A stretch of 64,000 bases of DNA. Origin: Nitrospirota bacterium (GTDB lineage: Bacteria > Nitrospirota > Thermodesulfovibrionia > Thermodesulfovibrionales > Dissulfurispiraceae). Below are positions 18,808 to 27,900 of the stretch, one piece after another. A program made the position numbers and the translations under genes. The stretch lies in contig CAWBMP010000005.1 in the NCBI GenBank assembly GCA_963790025.1, forward strand, positions 32,001 through 96,000, written 5' to 3'. The notes beneath the pieces are model-generated. The model had not been told where the DNA came from, searched no databases, and saw only the letters and a list, made by a program, of their open reading frames with translations. Position 1 is the first letter of the stretch, and each line of letters starts with the position of its first letter.

Positions 18808-20120
18808 TGAGTAAGTTGGCAATGCTCGTATTTCTGGTTTTCCTTGCAATACTCGGAGTTTTTGCGATGGAAAATAAGGACATGATCGTCGTCAAGGTAC
18901 CATTCAGCAGTCTGTATGAGATGCCGAAAATAGCCCTCATACTTTTGTCAACGATTGCCGGTGCGCTCGTTATAATGGCCTTCTCTTTTATACGCGATAC
19001 CAAGCGCGTCTTCGACAATATGCAGTTTCAGAAGCGGCAGAAGAAAGATGCGAGGATACATACGTACTATTCCAAGGCATTGAATGCCTTATTGGGAGAT
19101 AAAGAAGAGGATGCAAAAGAGGCCCTTGGAGACATACTGAAGGAAGACCCCGAGCATATCGACGCGCTTTTGAGGTTGGGCGATATCGCATTGAAGAACG
19201 GGGACTACAAAGCCGCCTTTGATTACTATAAAAAAACCTGGGACATAAATCCCTCCGACCTTCGGGTGCTCCTATCCATTGAAACGGTCGTGGAAAAAAT
19301 GGGGCGCTTTGAGGACGCGATGAAATATCTTGACGACATACTGGATATCGATGCTGAGAACCTCACGGCCCTTTACCGAAAAAGAGAGCTGCTCGAAATG
19401 AGGGAAAAATGGGACGATCTTCTGTCGCTGCAGAAATCGATTGTCAAGCTCGAACAAAACGAGAAGGACAAGGAAAGGGAAGACCGCAGGCTGTTGGGAT
19501 ATAAATATGAGTATGCGCGTGCAAGCCTTGAAAACGGAGAATTGGAAAAAGCCGAGAAGGCCTTCAGGGCGTTGCTGAAGATCGACAGCAGGTTTCTTTC
19601 GGCTTATCTTGGCACCGCAGAAGTTATTTTGACAAAGGGCGAGATTGAGGAGGCGATAAACTTCCTCGAAAAAAGCTTTGAGCAGATGAACTCGGCCATA
19701 TTGCTCATGCGTCTCGAAGACCTGCTTATCAGTGTCGGCGAGCCAGGCAGGCTCATACGGTTTTATAAAAATGCGATAGCACGGAGCCCCCAGGACAATG
19801 GTTTAAAATTCCTGCTGGGCAAGCTCTACTACAGGCTGGAGATGGTAGATGATGCCCTTGAGGTCCTGAATTCGATAGACACCGGCGCATTTTCCAGTAC
19901 TGAACTGTACGGTTTGCGGGGTGAGTTATATATGAAGAGGCAACAGGACTCGAAGGCAATAGAAGAATACAGGCGGGCATGCGGAATAGGGAGTGCTATA
20001 AATGTCCCTTACTGCTGTTCACAGTGCGGTTTTAAATCAGTAGACTGGTCGGGCAGATGTATCAGCTGTCACGAGTGGAATACATATAAGCTTGATCTCT
20101 ATGACACCTGCAAGGCTTAA
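18807..20120 (+). CDS. LapA-like membrane N-terminus fused to a LapB-like TPR/rubredoxin-type protein
   Basis: Two TM helices with FAMEN motif, TPR repeats, C-terminal YCCSQCGF...WSGRCISCHEWNT. Confidence 0.75.
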   Translation: MSKLAMLVFLVFLAILGVFAMENKDMIVVKVPFSSLYEMPKIALILLSTIAGALVIMAFSFIRDTKRVFDNMQFQKRQKKDARIHTYYSKALNALLGDKEEDAKEALGDILKEDPEHIDALLRLGDIALKNGDYKAAFDYYKKTWDINPSDLRVLLSIETVVEKMGRFEDAMKYLDDILDIDAENLTALYRKRELLEMREKWDDLLSLQKSIVKLEQNEKDKEREDRRLLGYKYEYARASLENGELEKAEKAFRALLKIDSRFLSAYLGTAEVILTKGEIEEAINFLEKSFEQMNSAILLMRLEDLLISVGEPGRLIRFYKNAIARSPQDNGLKFLLGKLYYRLEMVDDALEVLNSIDTGAFSSTELYGLRGELYMKRQQDSKAIEEYRRACGIGSAINVPYCCSQCGFKSVDWSGRCISCHEWNTYKLDLYDTCKA

Positions 20121-20121
20121 G

Positions 20122-20850
20122 GTGAGTGAAAGCTCACCCGAAGGGTCTCTGGTCGAAGATACCGGTGAGGGGCCTGAAGCCACAGTAGTGCGCGAAGAGG
20201 GCCCTCACGAGAAGTTTCTGAAAAGGAACACTCGCAGGTTGAAGAAGGTTGTTCTTGATACGAGCTTATTTGTCAATCCCGACGTCAGGGCAAGGCTCGG
20301 AGCTACACCCCAGGAAGCCCTTGAAAATTTCCTTTTCCTTGCATCGCAGATAGGAATCCTCGAATTTTATATGCCGCCGTCCATCTTCGATGAACTCCTT
20401 CACTTCGTCGAAAGAAATAAAATCCCGGAGGACCTCCTGATCCTTCTTCACCAGAAGCCGCCCAAAAAGCACGAGCTGAAATGTCCCGCGTTCCTCTTAT
20501 ACGAGCTCATTGAAGACATAAGGGAGCGGGTCAACAAGGGGTTGAGGCTTGCTGAAAAAGCGGTCAGAAGCGCCGAGAATAAAAAACCGGACGAGATCGT
20601 GCAGGACCTGAGGAAGAAATACAGGGAGGCCTTGAGGGAAGGTATTATTGACAGCAAGGAAGATGTGGACCTCCTGCTCCTTGCAATGGAGCTTGACGCT
20701 CTTTTGATCACCGCAGATCACGGGTTGATCAAATGGGCTGAAAAGCTGGGTATAAAGTGGCTCTTCCCGGAAAGATTCAAGGATTATCTTACAGCGGCGG
20801 TAAAAAGAACAAAGCAGCTTGCAGGAAAAAGAAAAAAGTCGACCACATGA
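20122..20850 (+). CDS. RNA-free (protein-only) ribonuclease P, HARP / PIN_5 family ('RNA ligase partner protein'); start uncertain (GTG 20122 or TTG 20239)
   Basis: VLDTSLFVNP, YMPPSI, RERVNKGLRLAE, LRKKYREALREGIIDSKEDVD, TADHG..KWAEKLG. Confidence 0.9.
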   Translation: MSESSPEGSLVEDTGEGPEATVVREEGPHEKFLKRNTRRLKKVVLDTSLFVNPDVRARLGATPQEALENFLFLASQIGILEFYMPPSIFDELLHFVERNKIPEDLLILLHQKPPKKHELKCPAFLLYELIEDIRERVNKGLRLAEKAVRSAENKKPDEIVQDLRKKYREALREGIIDSKEDVDLLLLAMELDALLITADHGLIKWAEKLGIKWLFPERFKDYLTAAVKRTKQLAGKRKKSTT

Positions 20851-20941
20851 CAACCAATGATGTCGAGCAGTAATTTGTATAAACGTAGTTCCTTTTCTTT
20901 TTCCATATTCCGGTTTTTATGCTTGCGCACCGGCAGACATA

Positions 20942-21898
20942 CTACTTCACCACTGTTGCCATGTGCAGCACCTGCACCGGAATAGTTACACCGATTTTTT
21001 TTGCGGTCGTAATGTTCACCAGGAGATGAAAACGTTCAGGACGGCTGGAGGGTATCTCATCCGGTTTCTTTCCATCAAGAATAGCCAGTGTTTTGACAGC
21101 AGCCATTCTCCCTAATTCTTTGTAGTCCGGTCCTATTCCCATAAAGGCCTTGGAATCACTCACCATTTCCGGGAGTGAGGCAACAGTAGGAATATGATGA
21201 TCGTTTAGCTGCGGAATAATAATTTTCCCCCTGGACATGATAAAAGAATCAGCCGGAAAAAGCACTGCATCTACTTTTTCATTAAAAGCCTTCTGAACAG
21301 CAATGGGTATTGCCTTGTCGTCCTCAACAGGAATAGGTATTAATGTATACTTAAAGTCATTCTGAAATAACAACACCTCGGTAAGCTGAACTGCCGCATT
21401 CGGCTCCCTCGGGCTGTACATAAAGCCAAGGCGGTCAATGCGCAACACCTTGCGCATAGTGATAAAAAGTCTTTCTATTGTAACGGCATTAGAAACCCCA
21501 GTCAAGTTGTTGCCTGAATGTTCCCAACTCTTGATTAGTCCGACTTCGACCGGCCGGGAGACGGCGTTGAACACAATAGGTGTGTTTTTGAATTTACCTT
21601 TTAGTACATCAGCAACCGTTGTTCCAAATGCATAAATAACCATATATTTTTTGTATTCGAGGGATTGAATGATTTCGCTCAGTTTGTTCCTGTCTTGTTT
21701 TGCATCAATGACAGTGAACTGGAAGTGATACTTATCGGATTTCTTCAACCTGTCCTGATACGCTCTTTCCGCGTCTGTCATCCCGCGCCACAGGACCATG
21801 GCGATATTTATATTCTCTTTCGCCCATGATGGAACAGCGCCGACTGCAGTCAGCATCACGGCAATAAGCAAAACAGATAATCTTAGATGTAATTTCAT
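20942..21898 (-). CDS. Stand-alone ABC-type substrate-binding protein (ABC_sub_bind-like)
   Basis: Signal peptide, TPIVFNAVSRPVEVGL, SGNNLTGVS, LVNITTAKKIGVTIP; GGAGG RBS. Confidence 0.85.
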   Translation of the reverse strand: MKLHLRLSVLLIAVMLTAVGAVPSWAKENINIAMVLWRGMTDAERAYQDRLKKSDKYHFQFTVIDAKQDRNKLSEIIQSLEYKKYMVIYAFGTTVADVLKGKFKNTPIVFNAVSRPVEVGLIKSWEHSGNNLTGVSNAVTIERLFITMRKVLRIDRLGFMYSPREPNAAVQLTEVLLFQNDFKYTLIPIPVEDDKAIPIAVQKAFNEKVDAVLFPADSFIMSRGKIIIPQLNDHHIPTVASLPEMVSDSKAFMGIGPDYKELGRMAAVKTLAILDGKKPDEIPSSRPERFHLLVNITTAKKIGVTIPVQVLHMATVVK

Positions 21899-22056
21899 AC
21901 AGCCTCCACCGTATTTTGTCGACAATTGACCCGGGGCATATCTGCTTCTTATTTATTCCTGATTTGTGCCTATGTCGTCTTGGTCCCGTTCCCGCTCAGA
22001 TACTGAAGCATAGCACTACACGGTCCTGATCAAACCGGATCCCGAGGCTTCTTTAA

Positions 22057-22533
22057 CTACCTAGGCATGGCGCACCCGATCACAAGGTCATCAATCCTCT
22101 CGAAATATGCAGTCCTGTTTTCGATTTCATTTGACTTTGGCTTTCTAAGCCTATAATCAATCCAACAGCTTCCCTTTTTCTTGGCTACGGTAATAATCTC
22201 TTTGCGGAACAGTTTGCCATCTTCATCAGGCACATTCATGACATTCGTTCCAACGAGGGCAGGGAATGACAAATTTGCCAGTGAAGTTCCCTTTAAATCG
22301 TAAGCAAATACGTGCATTGCCTTTGATCTATCCACAAACTTTCCATTGGGATTGTTAAATTCTTCAAGCGTTTTTTTCAGGGTGTTGACCTTATAGTAAG
22401 ATATGGCTTTCTTGACCATAGCAATTGCCATCGCCTTTTCATCACTCTTCTCCCCGGCATGGACAATACTTGCAAACGTCATCAGCAAAGCAAACAACGC
22501 TGCTGATGCCGAACAGTTCATTATCTTCCTCAC
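22057..22533 (-). CDS. Secreted stand-alone single Cache domain protein
   Basis: Signal peptide, A.AMVKKA..YYK, FAYDLKG, LVGTN....D.DGKLF, WIDY. Confidence 0.8.
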   Translation of the reverse strand: MRKIMNCSASAALFALLMTFASIVHAGEKSDEKAMAIAMVKKAISYYKVNTLKKTLEEFNNPNGKFVDRSKAMHVFAYDLKGTSLANLSFPALVGTNVMNVPDEDGKLFRKEIITVAKKKGSCWIDYRLRKPKSNEIENRTAYFERIDDLVIGCAMPR

Positions 22534-23021
22534 AGTACACCCCGCTTTTTATTCATTTTCAAAACAACTCCCTGCATGTCATTTAATTGTCACTTCAACT
22601 AACAAATTATGCTAAAAACCGCCATTCCCAGGCTTGCCTCGCACCGGTTCATGATATAGAGGTTAGCTCCACGAGACACATCCTACGAGAGGATAATAAC
22701 ATATCCAGTACGTCTCTATGGAGATTATTGAAAAAAATCTGTCACCTTCTCAAGGAATTGCGATAACGAGACCTCATATATGAATAACGCATAGACTAAA
22801 CCGCGGGTTATGGTCATTCAATCTTGCTCGTCTACCAAACTGGATAAGAATCTCTTGTTTTGGTTTTCTTTGGGGTCTGAATCTCATGGATTGGAAGCAA
22901 TACAGATACGCTGAATCCTCTGCACTCCATTACAATCGTGTCTACTTCAAAATCACTGGCAGGGATAGTGTCCTCCTATCGAGTCACTATCCGCAATGCT
23001 CCGGAATACGCATCCCATACT

Positions 23022-23243
23022 TTATGGTCTCTTTCCTCTGTTTCGGATGATGAGGCCGTTAAGGAAATTTCTCAATATCTGATCACCGCATTCTTTATAG
23101 TTTCTGTGGTCCGGGTTTCTGAAAAGAGCGGATAGTTCAGCTTTGGTAATTTCAAAATCTGCGAGCTTCAGGATCTCAATAATATCAGTGTCCTTAAGTT
23201 CCAGTGCGATTCTAAGTTTTTTCAATATGTCATTATTAGTCAT
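23022..23243 (-). CDS. DUF1456 (YehS-like) protein
   Basis: MTNNDILKKLRIAL, YKECGDQILRNFLNGL. Confidence 0.88.
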   Translation of the reverse strand: MTNNDILKKLRIALELKDTDIIEILKLADFEITKAELSALFRNPDHRNYKECGDQILRNFLNGLIIRNRGKRP

Positions 23244-23270
23244 TGTACTATCAATAATTTTATTTGATCC

Positions 23271-23459
23271 TTATATTTTTTTAACTCGTCCAATTTCACC
23301 GCTTTCCAACCGGACTTTTATGCCATGCGGGTGAGTTGGGGATTTTGTCAGAATGTCTTTTACTATCCCCTCGGTCAACTTACCGGTCCCCTGGTCTTTT
23401 TTTAAAACGATCGAAACCCTTAACCCCGATTTTATATCAGCACGATTTGTACCGTTCAT
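23271..23459 (-). CDS. YwbE family (DUF2196) protein
   Basis: IVLKKDQ.TGKLTEG.VKDILTKS..HPHGIKVRL..G.IGRV. Confidence 0.9.
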   Translation of the reverse strand: MNGTNRADIKSGLRVSIVLKKDQGTGKLTEGIVKDILTKSPTHPHGIKVRLESGEIGRVKKI

Positions 23460-23461
23460 AT

Positions 23462-23677
23462 TCAGTGCTCCGGCGCCTTAAGCGTGTCTGTCGTTATCTC
23501 TGCACTGTAAGTGCGTTTGCAATGCTCACACTCAAGCAACAGCCTTATCCCATCGGCAATCTCTTTTATGCCTGCATTGTGCTGTTCTAATATATTCTCC
23601 AGGATCTTTCGGATGTCCTGCTCTTGCTCTGTTTTAAGTTGATTTTCCTCTCCGCACCAGCTGCAAGTCGTTTCCAA
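23462..23677 (-). CDS. Hypothetical small protein with two CxxC motifs (possible Zn ribbon)
   Basis: CSWC...CEHC; AGGAGG RBS before TTG; 2 nt from the ywbE start. Confidence 0.6.
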   Translation of the reverse strand: METTCSWCGEENQLKTEQEQDIRKILENILEQHNAGIKEIADGIRLLLECEHCKRTYSAEITTDTLKAPEH

Positions 23678-23795
23678 TTATTACCTCCTCTATATTGTGA
23701 ACCTATCATACCACTTCCGGGTAGTGTAGTAAAAACGGTGCTACATTGAACGGCAGACTCATCGGCGGCGAAAAGATTCGGACTACCGGGGTCAC

Positions 23796-24782
23796 TGGGG
23801 TCAGGCTTGCGTTCATGCATTTAGCATGTGAAATATTTGTTTCATGGCTTTTCGTCCTCTTTCACTCTCTGCGATTTTTGACAATCTTGAAAGCACTGAT
23901 AAGTCCCTCCTCAGTTGGGGCTGTAAGTTCACCATCCGATGCCCCGCCTCTCTCCATACCCCAACTAATAATCCTCGCGCAAATATTACTTCCTTGCTCC
24001 TGCTTCGGGAGCTTATCTCATCCCAAAGTACCCCTGTCACTTCCTCAACTGCCTTTATGGCCTTTTTCAACGTAAGCTTTCTTATCGGCCTGTCCAATTC
24101 GTCAATTATATCTTCTACTATTTCTAAAAACTTATCGCCTCCTACTATCTGCTGATCTACAGCCTTGTAAAACGAGTCGTCTCTTTCAGCGCCTATCGCC
24201 TCTTTTACAAAACCTCTGTATCGCTTCCGAGCTTCTGATACTTTCTCCGAAAAAAGCCTTAAAACCCTGTCAGCGTCAACTATCCCATTACCTTCCTTTA
24301 AGTATTGATTATGACTGCTCCATTTGTAAGCCTCCGGTCTGCTTACTATTCCTGCACGTACCGGATTCAGATGTATATTTCTGAGCAGCCCTAAAAGATA
24401 TTCCTCCCGGTCACACAGAAAAGACTTATACCTGCCCTGAAAAAGATGCCCGACCTTATTGTATTTCTTATTAAAATACTTTGTGTATGTGAAATTTATA
24501 AGTTGCATTATCTTTGATAAAGGCGCTTTGGGGGTCTCAATGAGTAAATGTACATGGTCTGTCATAAGGATGTATGCATAAAAAATAAATCCGCATTTTC
24601 CTTTATAACGTTTTATACGCTCAAGATACTCAAGCCTATCTTGTTCATCTATAAAAATGTCCTGCTTCCGATTGCCACGGACTATTACATGATAAAATGC
24701 TCCGGGATATTCTATGCGTGGCGGCCTTGCCATGATGCCAAAATATTGCACACTTAAATGCACGTATGCAAGCCTGACCCCA
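23796..24782 (-). mobile_element. Y1-transposase (RAYT-like) element bounded by inverted repeats
   Basis: 28-bp inverted repeats at 23796-23823 and 24755-24782 (25/28 match) enclose a single HUH transposase gene. Confidence 0.75.
23813..24733 (-). CDS. IS200-like / REP-associated tyrosine (Y1 HUH) transposase with C-terminal DnaA_C-like HTH
   Basis: MARPPRIEYPGAFYHVIVRGN, YILMTDHVHLL (HUH), GHLFQGRY, IHLNPVRAG, YKWSS. Confidence 0.92.
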   Translation of the reverse strand: MARPPRIEYPGAFYHVIVRGNRKQDIFIDEQDRLEYLERIKRYKGKCGFIFYAYILMTDHVHLLIETPKAPLSKIMQLINFTYTKYFNKKYNKVGHLFQGRYKSFLCDREEYLLGLLRNIHLNPVRAGIVSRPEAYKWSSHNQYLKEGNGIVDADRVLRLFSEKVSEARKRYRGFVKEAIGAERDDSFYKAVDQQIVGGDKFLEIVEDIIDELDRPIRKLTLKKAIKAVEEVTGVLWDEISSRSRSKEVIFARGLLVGVWREAGHRMVNLQPQLRRDLSVLSRLSKIAESERGRKAMKQIFHMLNA

Positions 24783-24935
24783 TTGTTTCCATTGTTTCCG
24801 TTTTTTATTCCTTAGCATTTCAAGCGCCGATTCGCCGTCCGTTACGGAGCGGACACACACTTCTCGCCCTGTCGCTTCCAGTGAGATTGTTGTCAGTTCA
24901 ATATCTTTGGGACTGTCATCAACAATAAGAATCAT
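24783..24935 (-). pseudogene. Truncated single-domain response regulator (receiver N-terminus only)
   Basis: MILIVDDSPKDIELT...VTDGESALEMLR runs into the element inverted repeat before the phospho-Asp strand; the remainder is not found beyond the element. Confidence 0.7.
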
Positions 24936-24962
24936 TCTTTTTTTCTCATCCTTATATAAACT

Positions 24963-27900
24963 TCAGGATAAACTGAAATAGATAGTCGCACCTTCCCCTT
25001 TTATTCCCTCTGCCCAAACTTTTCCTCCATGGCTGCGGATAATACGGTCGACAATGGCAAGGCCTATTCCGGTGCCCTCAAACTCCTGTTCTGAATGAAG
25101 TCTGTGAAACGGCCAAAACATCTTTCCTGCATATTCCTGATTAAACCCTGCCCCATTGTCCTTTACATAATAAATGATTTTACCATTCTGCTCAACGGTC
25201 CCGAATTCTATACGTGGTTTCACGGTTTTCGATGTGAACTTCCAGGCGTTCTCGAGCAGGTTCGAAAGGACGATCTCTATTAACCCAGAGTCCGCAAAAA
25301 CGGTGAGCCCTTCCGTGATGTCTACCTCTACGCTCCTCTCCGGATAAGTCTCGCGCAGCTTGGCAATAATCGATGCTGCCATTGCGCTCATATTAACCTC
25401 TGTCCGCCGGATTTCCTGCCTTGATATCCTGGAAAGATTAAGAAGATCGTCGATAAGACGACCCATTTTTTCTGAGCTGCTACGGATGTTAGAAAAATAT
25501 TGTTTCTCTTTCTCGTTGAGCTTGCCTGCAATTGTTTGCATCAGGAGGTCAGTGAACCCAGACATGTGACGAAGCGGCGCGCGCAGGTCATGGGAAACAG
25601 AGTAGATAAAGGCTTCAAGTTCTCTATTGGCGAATTCCAGGTCATATGTTCGTATTGCTACCCGCTGTTCGAGTTCTGCGTTTATTTGCCTGAGAAGCCT
25701 CTTCTGCTTCGACACGCTTTTTCTCACCGGCTATGGCATCCAGGGCATATGAAATGTTATTGGCAACCGAAAGCAGAAGAGAAATCTCCTCCTCTGTAAA
25801 AAAGCTTGGCTTTTCGGAATAAATAGTTATCTCGCCTATCGCCCTGCCATTGCTAAACAAGGGGAAAACAGAAGAAGAACGGATGCCGTGGGCACGAGCT
25901 CTTTGCCGCCATGGGAGCATCCTCGATTCTTCTTCAAAGTCAGCGCTCACAATATGGCGACCCTCCACAATCGCCCTGCCCGACGGGCCCATGCCTTCAG
26001 GTTCGTCATTTGCAGTTAGCCGGATGCCATTTAGGTAAGATGTTTCTCCCCAACTGGCCTCAGGCCTTATTTCCCTGCTTGCCTCATCCAGTGTACCGAT
26101 CCATGCGAGTCTGAAGCCTCCCGTATCAACAAGTATCCTGCACACATTGTCAAGCAATTCCTGCCTGTCACGATATCTGACAATTGCATCGTTTACACGT
26201 GCAATGAGAGTATAGAACCTGGTCCGTTCAACTATCCGCTGTTCCAGCTGATCATTAAGTTCGCGTAATGCCTCCTCCGCCAACTTGCGTTCGGTGATGT
26301 CCTGGAAAGTTCCACTGACTATCTTACGTTCTCTATCCCCTTTTCCTATTGCCTGGACCAAACGATGCTTGCCTTTTGCAGTAATAATTTCCAAGCTTAG
26401 ATCGAAAGGTTCTCCAATCTCAATGGCGCGTTGTACTGCTCGTGCAATTACAGGTTTGGAATCGGGGGCATAAAAGTCGATGGCTTCACTAACTGTTGGC
26501 TTATATGATAATTCAACTTCATGAATATGATAAACTTCTTCTGTCCATTGGAGTTCCAGCGTTTCAGTGTTGAATTCCCAACCGCCCACCTTTGCAATTT
26601 TCCCCATTTCATTAAGCAGGTTTCGGTTCTTTCTGAGTTCTTCCTCTGCCAGCTTGAGCGCAGTAATATCGAGAAAAGCTCCAACGCAGCCGCGAACTCT
26701 GCCATTGACATCGCGCAACGGATTAGCACTACCATACATAGTAATCCTTCTACCACTCCGCAGTTGCACTTCCAGTTCGTCTGCGGTGACTTTCACGTCA
26801 TTTGCAGCGGCCTCCTGCATAGGCAGTTCGGAGGCCGTCAGTTCCTTCCCATTTCGAAAGAACCGCCGCGGCGGTATCGGATGGCCGTCAGCAGGGCCAG
26901 CAGAAACGTTCTCCCCTTCTCTGGCCTCATAGAACAGATCAGCAGTAAGGTTGCCAATGATTTCGTGGCACTGCGGATCGTGAGACACCCATATGGCAAC
27001 CGGGGCCACGGCCATTATTGTCTGCAATTCCTCGACTGCACGGCGCAAGGACTCCTCCATCTGCTTCAGCGCAGAGATGTCTGTATTGGTTCCAAACCAC
27101 CGGAGAACCACACCGGCAGAATCCTTCAAGGGCATTACACGCGTAAGAAAGAGGCGGAAGACTCCGTCAGCTCCACGGAGCGGAAATTCCATGTCAAACG
27201 GCTCACCCGTGGCAATCGACGCTTTCCATCGCTCCAGTACCTTCGGCAGCACCTCCGGGTCATGTACACTCTGCCAGCCCCAGCCTTCCATCTGGTCAGG
27301 AGTTGTACCGGTGTATTCATACCAGCGCCGATTGTACCATGTGATATAGCCATCACCATTTGCCCACCACGCAAGGTTGGGAATAGAATCAGCCAGAGTG
27401 TGGAATTGCTCCTCGCTCTTGCGTAGGACCTCTTCTGCCTGCTTGCGCTCGGTAATGTCGTGCACCATTCCAACTGACCGAATTATGGCGCCGGACTCAT
27501 CCCTGAAATGTTCACATTTTTCATGGACTATGCGTACCTCGCCATTCGATTTTCTGATCACCCGGTGCTCGATGTCGTAAGTGTCCACTGAATCGCGCAG
27601 TGAACCTGAATATGCCTCATCAACTGCCTCACGGTCGTCAGGATGAACCCGTTCAAGGAAAGCTTCATAGGTCGCGCCGAACTCCTGAGGCTCTAATCCG
27701 AATATCCGGTAGACTTCATCCGACCAGTTAAGAACATTATTTACAAGGTCCAACTCCCAACTGCCAAGGTGTGCGATTTCCTGTGACCTTTTGAGTCGTT
27801 CTTCATTTTCCTTAAGCGCCATTTCTATCCGTTTAAGGTCGTTGATATTCTCGGAAAATATTATCAGTCCTCCAATTTCATCACCGTGCGTATACCATGG

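Noticed and set aside
26521..27426. 301-aa plus-strand ORF
   Set aside because: Antisense shadow of the PAS kinase, with no recognisable motif
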